Below are positions 48,333 through 58,068 of a stretch of DNA of 64,000 nt, one piece after another. Each line of letters begins with the position of its first letter. Position 1 is the stretch's first letter. The notes below the pieces were generated by a model that was not told the DNA's origin, ran no database searches, and saw only the letters and a list, made by a program, of their open reading frames with translations. The translations under genes and the position numbers were made by a program. The stretch is from Thiohalomonadales bacterium (GTDB lineage Bacteria; Pseudomonadota; Gammaproteobacteria; UBA6429; Thiohalophilaceae), in NCBI GenBank assembly GCA_040235555.1, contig JBECKZ010000175.1, forward strand, positions 1,350 to 65,349, written 5' to 3'.

Positions 48333-49589
48333 TCAATGCATTAAACCTTCAAATACCTGCACGTCTACCCAATCGCCCACCGCAACATCCTCGCGGTCTT
48401 TCGGCAGCACTACCAGACAATTGGCTTCACTCATGGAGCGCAAAATACCCGAACCCTGTTTACCAAAACTTCGCACCTGTAATTCGCCATGTACATCCGT
48501 TTCCAGAATGGCGCGCTGGAATTCGGTCCGGCCCGGTCGTTTGCGGAAACTGCTGGCACTGCGCACACGAAAACATTGCGGGGCGTGCACGTTACTAACA
48601 CCGCTCAATTTCAACAACGCCGGTTGCACAAACTGGTAGAACGTGATCATGACGGCTACCGGATTGCCCGGCAAACCAAACAGAGGGGTATCTGCAATTC
48701 TGCCATACGCCAGCGGTCGTCCCGGCTTCATGGCAATCTGCCAGAAATGCATTTTGCCCAGACTCTGCATGATTTCGCGTATATAATCTGCTTCACCGAC
48801 AGACACGCCGCCGCTGGTAATAATTGCGTCTGCCTCATCTGCTGCAGCAAACAAAGCCTGCCGCAGGCTTTGGGGATCGTCTTTGACAACACCCAGGTCT
48901 ATGAGCTCAAGATCGAGTGCCTTAAGCATGCCCAGCAGTGTATAGCGATTGCTGTCATATATCTGACCTTTGGCCAATGGTTCGCCAAGACTGCGTAATT
49001 CATTGCCGGTAGAAAAAAATGCCACCCGCAATCGGCGACGCACCCGAATTTCATTGACGCCCAATGACGCAAGCAGTCCCAGATCTGCCGGTATAAGTCG
49101 CTTGCCTTCTGCCAGCGCGATTGCACCGGCCGCCAGATCTTCACCGGCACGGCGGATATTCTCTCCTCCCCGATGTTGCCCACTGATTTCGACATGACTC
49201 TGGTGCAATTGCACCTGTTCCTGCATGACGACACAATTCGCACCTTCCGGGATAACTGCACCGGTCATGATGCGGACTGCCTGACCTGGCTGCAGCTCCC
49301 CAGTAAAAGGTTCACCCGCAAAGGCTGTCCCGATTACCTGTAGCTTTTGCCTGCCTTGCTCCGGAATATCAGTCGACAGTATGGCATAACCATCAACCGC
49401 GGAATTCGTATAAGCCGGGACATCGATTGGAGAAATAATTGCTTCGGCGAGAATACGATGCAACGCCTCACGTACGCTAATCATCTGGTAATCGGTAATG
49501 GGTGTGCAGTCCTGCCAGATGCGATGCTGGGCCTCGGACACATCCAGTTTAAATTCGTGAGGATCCAGTTTACCTGCCGGTTGAGACAT
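48333..49589 (-). CDS. moeA: molybdopterin molybdotransferase
   Basis: SGGVSVGEADY and GLPGNPVA motifs. The CAGGAG RBS before ATG 49589 places the start just after the mobB stop. Confidence 0.9.
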   Translation of the reverse strand: MSQPAGKLDPHEFKLDVSEAQHRIWQDCTPITDYQMISVREALHRILAEAIISPIDVPAYTNSAVDGYAILSTDIPEQGRQKLQVIGTAFAGEPFTGELQPGQAVRIMTGAVIPEGANCVVMQEQVQLHQSHVEISGQHRGGENIRRAGEDLAAGAIALAEGKRLIPADLGLLASLGVNEIRVRRRLRVAFFSTGNELRSLGEPLAKGQIYDSNRYTLLGMLKALDLELIDLGVVKDDPQSLRQALFAAADEADAIITSGGVSVGEADYIREIMQSLGKMHFWQIAMKPGRPLAYGRIADTPLFGLPGNPVAVMITFYQFVQPALLKLSGVSNVHAPQCFRVRSASSFRKRPGRTEFQRAILETDVHGELQVRSFGKQGSGILRSMSEANCLVVLPKDREDVAVGDWVDVQVFEGLMH

Positions 49590-49606
49590 AATGCGCTCCT
49601 GAATTG

Positions 49607-50167
49607 TTAGTGGTGTACCGCATGATGATGGTACAAATATTTTCTGGCAAGCCATTGCAGGATGAACTGCGAAATTGCCGTCGGTTGATTGATGTCCAGC
49701 GCAGTAATTCCGGGCTCAGGTAAATCCGCCCAGGAATCTGTTGCCACTGCAATGATCGAATCGTCCCCGGGATAGAGCCATGATCGTGTGGTCGCTGAAC
49801 GGTGCAATTCAATCTTGGGAAACCGCTCATGCTTAAAACCTTCTACCAGGATCAAATCCAGTCCTGAACTCGGCATATATTCCAGCAAATCCGTCAGGCT
49901 TGGTTCCTTATCGCTTGGTGCCTCCACCATCAAGGCCCAACGCTGACGTGAGCCGACCAGCACACGTTCTGCGCCGGCGTGGCGCAACTCATAACTGTCC
50001 TTGCCTGGTTGATCAACGTCGAAGCTGTGGTGTGCATGTTTGATCATACCAAGTCGCAGACCCTGTTTTTTCAATAAAGGTATAAGTTGCACCAACAAAG
50101 TGGTTTTTCCCGTGCCGCTGTAAGCGGCAAATCCAAGCACCGGGGGGGTCTGTGTTGATAAATTCAT
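49607..50167 (-). CDS. mobB: molybdopterin-guanine dinucleotide biosynthesis adapter protein
   Basis: GFAAYSGTGKTTLL Walker A and KHAHH. Confidence 0.88.
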   Translation of the reverse strand: MNLSTQTPPVLGFAAYSGTGKTTLLVQLIPLLKKQGLRLGMIKHAHHSFDVDQPGKDSYELRHAGAERVLVGSRQRWALMVEAPSDKEPSLTDLLEYMPSSGLDLILVEGFKHERFPKIELHRSATTRSWLYPGDDSIIAVATDSWADLPEPGITALDINQPTAISQFILQWLARKYLYHHHAVHH

Positions 50168-50796
50168 CGCAACTGCCGTAGCCGTTGTTCTATGCGTTCC
50201 TGTTCCTGCGGAGTATTGATATTTTCAAACATCAGTGCACGATCGGAAAAGTCCACCTCTGCGATCTTATGCTGGTAATACCAGTTGATGATCTTGTGAC
50301 CACCCGTTTCCAGAAACAGTGTCAGGCTGGGTAATAAATGTTGCGACAGCATTACGAATACCGGTTGTGGTTTGCCATCCTGCATGGCCATGGCAATTTC
50401 CGCCTGCTGTTGTTGCATGGCATCATACAATCGGCTAACCAGGTCTGGTGCAACAAACGGTGAATCGCAGGGAACAGCAACGAGATAAGGTAAATTGCTA
50501 TAGTTCAATGCCGCAGCCATCCCGGCCAAGGGTCCGGCAAAATGCCCGATATGATCACCGATGATCGGGCAATGGGTTAACTCGGCATAACGCGCCTGGT
50601 TGCGATTGGCATTAATCAACAGGTTGTCAATCTGGGGCCGGAGGGCCGCGCAGATGCGGACAATCATTGCCATACCATCTATCGGTATCAGACCTTTGTC
50701 CTGCCCCCCCATGCGAGTGGCACGCCCACCTGCCAGAATAACACCGGCGATTTGTCCTGCATGCTTACTGTCGTCATTGGAAACGCTGGCCATCAT
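50164..50796 (-). CDS. mobA: molybdenum cofactor guanylyltransferase
   Basis: GVILAGGRATRMGGQDKGL. ATGA overlap with mobB. Confidence 0.9.
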   Translation of the reverse strand: MMASVSNDDSKHAGQIAGVILAGGRATRMGGQDKGLIPIDGMAMIVRICAALRPQIDNLLINANRNQARYAELTHCPIIGDHIGHFAGPLAGMAAALNYSNLPYLVAVPCDSPFVAPDLVSRLYDAMQQQQAEIAMAMQDGKPQPVFVMLSQHLLPSLTLFLETGGHKIINWYYQHKIAEVDFSDRALMFENINTPQEQERIEQRLRQLR

Positions 50797-51517
50797 GGTA
50801 CCCTTCTGGTGTAGGTATCATTTGCTCAGTATAGCTTGAAGGGACGGGTGTTAACGGTGGAGCTGCGTTGAGCTCACCGTGTTGCAGTCTGATGTGGCGA
50901 TCGGCAAGTGGTGCAAACAGACGTGGCTCGTGCGCAGTAATCACCAGGCTGACACCATCCTGTAATAACCACCGAACCAGGAATAACGTGGTATGGCGGG
51001 CTCGCTCATCCATACTGGCTACGGGTTCATCAAGTAGCAATAATCTTGGTGACAGTACCCAGGCCCGCAGCAATGCGACTCGCTGGCGCTCGCCACCGGA
51101 GAGTTGTTTGCCGCTGCGCTGTTGGAGGTGCGCAAGACCAGCACGCTGTAAGGCATCGGTTGCCATTGCCCGCGCCGCTTTTCTGTACATACCATGTCGA
51201 CGCAAACCATAGGTGATGTTGGCCTCCACACTAGCATCAAATAAATAAGGGGCCTGGTGCAGATAAACCACATTTTTTAATAGCCAGGAGCGCGCTCGCT
51301 GCCAGGTATGCTGTGTACCATTGTACTGACAGCGACCGTCATCCGGATGAAGCAGTCCCGACATGATACGCAACAATGTGGTTTTCCCTTCGCCATTGTC
51401 ACCACTCAGGACGACGCACTCACCGGGATTTAAATTCAGTTGCAAATGCTGAAACAAATGTCGAGTGTTGATCGTCTTCGATACACCACTGAACTCAATG
51501 TCATCTCTCGTACTCAT
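50774..51517 (-). CDS. tupC: ABC ATP-binding protein of the tungstate-type transporter
   Basis: Walker A GDNGEGKTT, signature LSGGERQ, Walker B LLLDEP. Operonic with the TupA/TupB-like genes. Confidence 0.7.
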   Translation of the reverse strand: MSTRDDIEFSGVSKTINTRHLFQHLQLNLNPGECVVLSGDNGEGKTTLLRIMSGLLHPDDGRCQYNGTQHTWQRARSWLLKNVVYLHQAPYLFDASVEANITYGLRRHGMYRKAARAMATDALQRAGLAHLQQRSGKQLSGGERQRVALLRAWVLSPRLLLLDEPVASMDERARHTTLFLVRWLLQDGVSLVITAHEPRLFAPLADRHIRLQHGELNAAPPLTPVPSSYTEQMIPTPEGYHDGQRFQ

Positions 51518-52227
51518 ACAGGTCTCGTCTGCTCGCGTTGCATCAGGTGTAAAAAAACGTTCAGTCCAAAGGCAAGCAATAACAGGATTAGTCCCAGTGC
51601 AACACCCTGAGAAAATTCACCCTTGCTCGTCTCCAGCGCGATGGCGGTGGGAATATTGCGTGTATAGTTATAAATATTACCGCCGACCATCACTGAGGAA
51701 CCCACCTCGGCGATGATGCGTGCAAAACCGGCAATGAACGCTGCCAACAGCGCGAAACGAAATTCGTAAAAAAAGGTCAGCGTTGCTCGAACCAGGTTGG
51801 CACCGAGTGTGCGTGCGGTTTCCCAGGCCCGTTTGTCTGCGCCGGCAAAAGTAGCGTGACTCATCGATATCATCAGGGGCATACATAAAATAACCTGTCC
51901 GATGATCATGGCAGTTTCAGTAAACAACAAGTGCCAGGTACCCAAGGGCCCCTGGCGGGATAACACCATATACACCGTCAGACCCACCACCACCGCCGGG
52001 AATGCCTGCAAGGTATGAATGATCATCACCAGTGTTCGCTTACCCGGAAAGGTAGTCATGGCCATCAAAAAGGCTATGACCATCGCAAACGGGGTAGCGA
52101 TCACAATCGCGCGCATCGACACACTAAAAGAAATGCCAACGATCGTCCAAAGGTCACGATCACCACTAAACAATAAATGCAGTGCACGCACAAAGGCATT
52201 CTGCAAATGGTCCATTTTCACCTTCAA
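51514..52227 (-). CDS. tupB: ABC permease of the tungstate-type transporter
   Basis: 237-aa polytopic permease. It overlaps both neighbouring genes by 4 nt. Confidence 0.7.
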   Translation of the reverse strand: MKVKMDHLQNAFVRALHLLFSGDRDLWTIVGISFSVSMRAIVIATPFAMVIAFLMAMTTFPGKRTLVMIIHTLQAFPAVVVGLTVYMVLSRQGPLGTWHLLFTETAMIIGQVILCMPLMISMSHATFAGADKRAWETARTLGANLVRATLTFFYEFRFALLAAFIAGFARIIAEVGSSVMVGGNIYNYTRNIPTAIALETSKGEFSQGVALGLILLLLAFGLNVFLHLMQREQTRPV

Positions 52228-53066
52228 TGTATGCTGTCAGATGCTATCTTCAGGGCAGTCGGGATAAACAATTGTTTACCGTTTACACGGTATTTGCCGA
52301 TAATTGCCTGGCCGGCCGGAGAGGTGATCCAGGCAATAAATGCCATGGCACCGGTATAATTTATATCCGGGTAACGTCCCGGATTCACGGCAATGACTCC
52401 ATACGGGTTGAATAGTTTAGGATCACCTTGTACGACAATCTTCAACGGCAGCTTGTCTTTCATGAACAACCAGGTACCACGATCGGTGAGGGTATAACCC
52501 TGCATCTCACCGGTCATCTGTAATACCTTGCCCATGCCCTGACCGGCTTCGCGATACCATTTCCCTTTGGGTTTGATACCGGCATCTTTCCAGAGAATGT
52601 TCTCTTTCTTATTGGTGCCGGAATCATCACCCCGGGACACAAAGATCGCCTTGTCTTTTGCAATCTTGGCCAGTGCTTTGACCGCGTCCTTCATGCCATT
52701 AATTTTGGCTGGATCGTTGGCCGGACCGACAATCACAAAATCGTTGTACATAACGTGGCGACGGTTGACACCATAGCCAGCCGCGACGAATTTTTTCTCT
52801 GAAGGTGGTGCGTGAACCAGTACCACATCTACGTCACCGTCACGGCCCATGCGTAAGGCCTTGCCGGTACCTACTGGTGTCACATGGACGGTATAGCCGC
52901 TCGCTTTCTCAAAGGCGGGCAGGAGGTCCTTAAGAAGTCCAGAATTTTCCGTGCTGGTAGTGGTCGCCATGCGTAGTACTTTGTTTTGGTCCGCGGCATT
53001 GGCACCGGCGACGACCAGGAGCAGTATTCCTGCGCCTATGAAAGTTAATAAATTGGTTAGTTTCAT
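52224..53066 (-). CDS. tupA: periplasmic tungstate/oxyanion-binding protein (TupA-like)
   Basis: Signal peptide. RMATTTSTENSGLL contains the TTTS motif remembered from TupA. Also VHAP and SRGDDSGT. Confidence 0.8.
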   Translation of the reverse strand: MKLTNLLTFIGAGILLLVVAGANAADQNKVLRMATTTSTENSGLLKDLLPAFEKASGYTVHVTPVGTGKALRMGRDGDVDVVLVHAPPSEKKFVAAGYGVNRRHVMYNDFVIVGPANDPAKINGMKDAVKALAKIAKDKAIFVSRGDDSGTNKKENILWKDAGIKPKGKWYREAGQGMGKVLQMTGEMQGYTLTDRGTWLFMKDKLPLKIVVQGDPKLFNPYGVIAVNPGRYPDINYTGAMAFIAWITSPAGQAIIGKYRVNGKQLFIPTALKIASDSIH

Positions 53067-53105
53067 GGGATGGATTCCTTATGGTGTTAGGCTTTGTGCC
53101 CAATC

Positions 53106-53121
53106 TGCAAACGTTATGCCA
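53106..53121 (-). promoter_or_regulatory. sigma-54 promoter for the tupA operon
   Basis: The minus strand reads TGGCAT-AACGT-TTGCA, with exact -24/-12 spacing. It lies about 40 nt upstream of the tupA ATG (53066), which has an AAGGA RBS. Confidence 0.7.
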
Positions 53122-53369
53122 CGAAGAATCCAGCGGAATATCAGGCACTCCCGTAACTATGGCGTAAAAGTTCCACATAAAACTGGCACATTTTGTCCCA
53201 GTTTAACCACGTAATGAGACAGTTTGCTGCAAATAACTGGAAAGATGAGTCATCATGTGTTTTATTTAAGTAGTACTTTGCTAGATTCAAAGCATGCAGT
53301 ATTTGCTGGTGTTTGCCAGTCCTACCAAGAAGACACATTGTCTCCACACCGCAACAAGGGGCAAAGTTC

Positions 53370-54740
53370 ATGAAACCGACTGTACTCAGGGACGTCGCGA
53401 TATTAGTCATTGATGACGAATCCGGAATGCGCAACTTTTTACAGCGAGCGCTGCAGAAAGAGTACGGTCTGGTCGAAACAGCGGCAGACATCGGCGAGGC
53501 AGAACAATTACGCCAGCGTTGTCATTTTGATTTGATTATCACCGACAACCGATTACCCGAGCTCACTGGTGCTGAGTGGTTACAGCAAATGCGTATCCAT
53601 GATCAGGATACGGATGTAATACTGATCACAGGTTACGGGGATATGGATGTGGCAATCAGCGCATTGCGTGGTGGGGCCAGTGATTTCATACTCAAGCCTT
53701 TCCATGCCGATGAAATCAAGCAGGCCATAGAACGCTGTCTCGCGCGCCGCGTGCAAAATCGAGATGACTTCGTTACACGGCGCACCAGTGTACAACCTGG
53801 CACTCAACAGAACGGCATTCAATTTATCGGTGAAACAGCTGCGATTAAACAATTAGGCCAGGTGATACAACGCATCGCCCCCACCCTGTCCACTGTACTG
53901 ATTCAGGGTGAGACCGGTACCGGCAAGGAACTAATTGCCCAGTCTATCCATGAACTCAGTGGACGGTCTGGCCCATTTGTGCCGGTGAACTGCGGGTCAA
54001 TCTCTCCCGAGCTACTGGAAAGTGAACTGTTCGGCCATACCAAAGGTGCCTTCACCGGTGCGTATAATTCTCATCAGGGGCTGTGTTACTTCGCCAATGG
54101 CGGCACCCTGTTTCTTGATGAGATCGCCGAGATGCCCCTACCCATGCAGGCCAAATTATTGCGCATGCTGGAAACCCATTCGATTCGACCTGTTGGCTCA
54201 GAACGCGAAATCAATGTCGACTGTCGCATCGTCGCAGCAACCAATCGCAATCTGGAGAAACAGGTTCGCAATGGTCTGTTCCGGGAAGATTTGTTTTACC
54301 GCCTAAATGTATTAACTCTGGAAGTCCCGGCCTTGCGCCACCGTATGGCGGATATACCACTGTTAACCAAATATTTGATCAACAAACTGGCAAATGAATT
54401 AGGTATCCCGCCCTACCCCATCAGTCAACAGGATGTTCGCCAGCTTCAAAGCTATCACTGGCCTGGAAATGTCCGTGAAATGCGCAATGTTCTGGAGCGC
54501 ACCCTGTTGCTGGGCCAATTACCGATAGAAATGCTCGCAGCTGATAAACTGACTGCAGACGACGATCCAGAACTGGTCGTACCCAATGGCTGGACATTAC
54601 GTGAGGTGGAGCGCCGTTACCTGCTGGATACTCTTGAGTTTGTTGAAGGCAATAAATCGGAGGCGGCTCGGCGGCTTGGCATTTCGCGCAAGACCATCGA
54701 GCGTAAACTTATCGAATGGGAAATCGACTCCGCCCACTGA
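53370..54740 (+). CDS. sigma-54-dependent (NtrC-family) response regulator
   Basis: Receiver domain (ILVIDDE), AAA+ Walker A GETGTGKE, GAFTGA sigma-54 contact loop and C-terminal Fis-type HTH EAARRLGISRKTIERKL. Confidence 0.9.
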   Translation: MKPTVLRDVAILVIDDESGMRNFLQRALQKEYGLVETAADIGEAEQLRQRCHFDLIITDNRLPELTGAEWLQQMRIHDQDTDVILITGYGDMDVAISALRGGASDFILKPFHADEIKQAIERCLARRVQNRDDFVTRRTSVQPGTQQNGIQFIGETAAIKQLGQVIQRIAPTLSTVLIQGETGTGKELIAQSIHELSGRSGPFVPVNCGSISPELLESELFGHTKGAFTGAYNSHQGLCYFANGGTLFLDEIAEMPLPMQAKLLRMLETHSIRPVGSEREINVDCRIVAATNRNLEKQVRNGLFREDLFYRLNVLTLEVPALRHRMADIPLLTKYLINKLANELGIPPYPISQQDVRQLQSYHWPGNVREMRNVLERTLLLGQLPIEMLAADKLTADDDPELVVPNGWTLREVERRYLLDTLEFVEGNKSEAARRLGISRKTIERKLIEWEIDSAH

Positions 54741-56893
54741 TGCATCATGCGCCCCCGCACTGGCCAAGCTTTCTTTCAGTGCCTGCTTTCAGGCATTTTA
54801 TAAAATGTATATTTGATCGCTTCCACCACAGCTTTCGCTACAAACTGCTGCTATTGGTGCTGTTGCCGCTGGTGTTGTTCATCCCATTGATGGTGGCCTT
54901 TACCTTACACCGCAGTTATGCATTCGCAGAAGCACAGCTCTATCACAAAGTCCATGCCGACATCAATGTCGCAAACGCCTCGTTTCTCCAACAAGAGAAG
55001 AAATATATGCAAGCCGTCACCCAACTTGCAGAATCGCATGCGTTTTACACCGCCTTGCATAATAAGGATAAATCCCGGATTCGTAACCTGCTACAACTAC
55101 TAAAAGTCACGGAAGATCTGGATTTTGCCCACGTGATTGACCTGCATGGGAAATGGCTTTTCGATGACACGGTATTTAGCGGGGAGTCGAAGCCCTCACC
55201 ATTGATACAAAAAGTCATAAACAGTGGCCTGCCTCAGGTCGGTCTCGAATTGTATTCACAGGCCGGTTTGTTACGGGAAAACCAAACGTTGAATTACAAG
55301 ATACTGGTCAACCCATCATCTGACATCAATTCGAAAGTAATGACAATGGATCAACGCGCACTGGTCATGCGCGCTGTATACCCACTCAAGAATGTACAGG
55401 GTCAGACCATCGCCCTGCTTGAAGGAGGGGTGTTACTTAATGATAATGCCACCCTGGTCAATGCAATACAGGAACTGGTCTATGGTCCCGGGACCTTACC
55501 CACAGACGGTAAAGGGCTGATCAGTGTGGTTTTAAAAAACGTAAGGGTCGCAACCAATCTGATCAATACCCAATCCAATCGTCTGGCAATCGGCAGCAGG
55601 ATCCCGACAACAGTCCGGCAAAATGTCCTCTTACAGGGCAAACATTGGGCCGGTGAAATTCATAGCCCCGGCGGCGTCTATCTTAGTGCCTATCAACCCT
55701 TACAGGATTATCAGGGGCATGTCATCGGCATGCTGGAAGTTGGCTACCTGGCTGCACCACTCCGCCAGGCCTATCAACGTGATCTGCTTTTGCTGGGTAG
55801 CCTGCTGTTGTTCATAGTTATCCTGACTGCAGGACTTGCAATTCTGGCAGCAAGACGCCTTTTCAAGCCAATCGAGCGTATCGCTGAAGTAATTCATGCC
55901 CAGGAAAAGGGTGAGAATCAGCGGATCGGGGAAATCCAAAGCCGCGATGAAATAGGTAAACTCGCACGTCACTTTGATCACATGCTGGATTTACTTCACG
56001 AGCGTAATGCTGAAATACAACGCGCGGCAGACAACCTCGAACTACAGGTACAGGAACGCACCCATCAGCTCCAACGCAATAATAGTGATTTGCAAAAAAG
56101 CATCGAGCTGCTAAGCAAAACCCGGCAGCAACTGGTTTGGGCAGAAAAGTTTTCGGCTATGGGTGAACTCACTGCCGGCATTGCGCATGAGATTAATAAT
56201 CCGGTGGCTGTCATCCTGGGCAACATGGATTTGCTGGTAGAGGAACTTGGTGAGGCTGCCAGCTCACATGATACCGAGATTACGCTTATCTATGAGCAGG
56301 TATCACGTATCCAATCCATTGTAAACAACCTGCTGCAATATTCTCGCGTCTCCCCCCTCACCTCCAAACTTGAACGTGTGAATATCAATAAACTGATTGA
56401 AGACAGCCTGATCTTGGTGCGCCATGAAGCCGCACTCAAACAGGCCGAAATCTTGACGAAGCTGGAACCCCGCTGCCAGGTACGAATCGACCCAAGTGAA
56501 CTACAGCAGGTACTAATCAACCTGTTAGTAAATGCCATCCATGCGATACCCGAAAACGGCAAGGTCAAAATCAGCACACACAACATCGATCCCGACCATG
56601 TCTGCATCCGTATCAGCGATAACGGACAAGGTATTGACTCGCTCAGAATCGATCGAATATTCGACCCGTTTTATTCCACCAAAGGCAACGAGGGAACTGG
56701 CCTGGGCCTGTCTATCAGTTATGGGCTGGTGCATCGCTATGGCGGCAGTCTTGAAGTAGACTCAGAGCCTGGTCGAGGCAGTGTGTTTAAAGTATTTCTT
56801 CGTGTGCAGCCACAACTGACTCCACAACGACAACTTCTGTTTGAGCTTTTCTCCCATCACCGCAAATCTCAAGGACCAGCTTATTATGAATGA
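54740..56893 (+). CDS. sensor histidine kinase with large periplasmic (Cache-like) domain and HAMP
   Basis: The start overlaps the regulator stop (TGATG). There are two TM segments around a ~300-aa extracytoplasmic region. H-box GIAHEINNP, N box LLVNAIHA, G boxes DNGQGI and GTGLGLS. Confidence 0.85.
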   Translation: MHHAPPHWPSFLSVPAFRHFIKCIFDRFHHSFRYKLLLLVLLPLVLFIPLMVAFTLHRSYAFAEAQLYHKVHADINVANASFLQQEKKYMQAVTQLAESHAFYTALHNKDKSRIRNLLQLLKVTEDLDFAHVIDLHGKWLFDDTVFSGESKPSPLIQKVINSGLPQVGLELYSQAGLLRENQTLNYKILVNPSSDINSKVMTMDQRALVMRAVYPLKNVQGQTIALLEGGVLLNDNATLVNAIQELVYGPGTLPTDGKGLISVVLKNVRVATNLINTQSNRLAIGSRIPTTVRQNVLLQGKHWAGEIHSPGGVYLSAYQPLQDYQGHVIGMLEVGYLAAPLRQAYQRDLLLLGSLLLFIVILTAGLAILAARRLFKPIERIAEVIHAQEKGENQRIGEIQSRDEIGKLARHFDHMLDLLHERNAEIQRAADNLELQVQERTHQLQRNNSDLQKSIELLSKTRQQLVWAEKFSAMGELTAGIAHEINNPVAVILGNMDLLVEELGEAASSHDTEITLIYEQVSRIQSIVNNLLQYSRVSPLTSKLERVNINKLIEDSLILVRHEAALKQAEILTKLEPRCQVRIDPSELQQVLINLLVNAIHAIPENGKVKISTHNIDPDHVCIRISDNGQGIDSLRIDRIFDPFYSTKGNEGTGLGLSISYGLVHRYGGSLEVDSEPGRGSVFKVFLRVQPQLTPQRQLLFELFSHHRKSQGPAYYE

Positions 56894-57092
56894 CGAAACA
56901 GTGAATAATGAAATCCGTCGATTTCTTAAGAAAGTCGGCATACAGTCACACCAGGCCATCGAACGTGCCATCCACGAAGGTGTTGCCAGAGGTCAACTCC
57001 AGGGTACAGAGCATTTCAATGCCATCATGCAACTACATATCGATGGTCTGGATCTGGACCTGGAAATACGAGGCGACATTGCACTGCAATAA
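56886..57092 (+). CDS. DUF6494-like small protein
   Basis: 68 aa. RRFLKKVGIQSHQAIERAI...GLDLDLEIRGDIAL matches my memory of DUF6494. Its ATG overlaps the kinase stop codon. Confidence 0.6.
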   Translation: MNDETVNNEIRRFLKKVGIQSHQAIERAIHEGVARGQLQGTEHFNAIMQLHIDGLDLDLEIRGDIALQ

Positions 57093-57104
57093 CACCAACT
57101 ATTA

Positions 57105-58064
57105 CTAGTAAGGTGACCAGATAATTTCCCCGGTCTGTTCAAAGCGATAACCGCCGAATTGCTGGGCAATCAACTGTATACTGCGGCTATGCAGATGTTG
57201 CAACAGTGTCTGGAATAACTGGCGAAAATAAATCGTACGTGGCAACACCAGGTCAAACCCTTCCCACCCAACCGGGATGAATTGCAGGCCAAACTCCCGC
57301 GCCACACTGCGTGGCCCCGGGGCAATATCCGCCTGTGCCTGACTCAGTAAAGAGGCAACTTCGCGTTCAGTTTGAACACGCAGTGCGGTATTGAGTCCAC
57401 TGAGATCGATACCATAACTCACCGCCGTGTCTTCGAGAAAATATTGCGAACCAGTCCCTTCCCCACGCATTGCCCATATCCAGTTCTGTCGGAATATCTC
57501 CGGTATGCTCATGCCATCAACTTCCAGGCTGGAGGCCAGCATAAAGCCCTGCTCCCGTTGGAACAAGCGTACGATTAGCCATTGACTGGAGTCAGCATAT
57601 TGCTGGATCAGGGCAGCATGCCTAATATGACTTTCCTGCAAAGGTCCCCAGTGTATTGCGCAAATATCGGTGCGACGCCGAGCCAGCAAAGATAAGCCCA
57701 TACTTGTCCCGGTACTGGAGTAACTGATCAGGGCCTGAGCAGCAAACTCTTCAATTAAATGGGTAACCAGTCGTGTTAACAATGGATCTTCGCTGCCTGC
57801 GATCAATAGCCTGTCTGTCAGAATGCCACCGTGACTTGACTCCAGCAGCCACTGGTCGATCAGCGATTTTGGAAACAACCACTTGCCAGTGATCTTGGTA
57901 CCCGGCAAACGTCCGTCATTAGCCAGGGCATATATCTTTTTTTCGTTTATCTGCAGGTATTCTGCAAGTTGCTTGACACTTAAAAATGCCGGGCTATCCA
58001 TGCGATTCTCCTTGCCCATCATACTGGGCCAGGGATTCTCCTCTTGTTTCAATTGCGTGGCCAT
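57105..58064 (-). CDS. TunR-like regulator: excisionase-type HTH fused to a periplasmic-binding-protein-like (COG1910) domain
   Basis: LSVKQLAEYLQINEKKIYALANDGRLPGTKITGKWLFPKSLIDQWL is an HTH_17-type motif. The ~230-aa C-terminal region is PBP-like. The start is chosen downstream of the fdhD stop. Confidence 0.65.
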   Translation of the reverse strand: MATQLKQEENPWPSMMGKENRMDSPAFLSVKQLAEYLQINEKKIYALANDGRLPGTKITGKWLFPKSLIDQWLLESSHGGILTDRLLIAGSEDPLLTRLVTHLIEEFAAQALISYSSTGTSMGLSLLARRRTDICAIHWGPLQESHIRHAALIQQYADSSQWLIVRLFQREQGFMLASSLEVDGMSIPEIFRQNWIWAMRGEGTGSQYFLEDTAVSYGIDLSGLNTALRVQTEREVASLLSQAQADIAPGPRSVAREFGLQFIPVGWEGFDLVLPRTIYFRQLFQTLLQHLHSRSIQLIAQQFGGYRFEQTGEIIWSPY

Positions 58065-58068
58065 GTGC

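Noticed and set aside
53213-53224. Shared motif GAGACAG(T/A)TTGC between the tupA (53213) and DUF3305 (60084) control regions, plus a shared ACATTTTGT 9-mer (53188 and the complement at about 63035)
   Set aside because: A rough estimate gives about 0.4 such matches expected by chance between spacers of this size. Neither motif is palindromic or repeated within a region. I keep them only as a note for motif discovery with more genomes.
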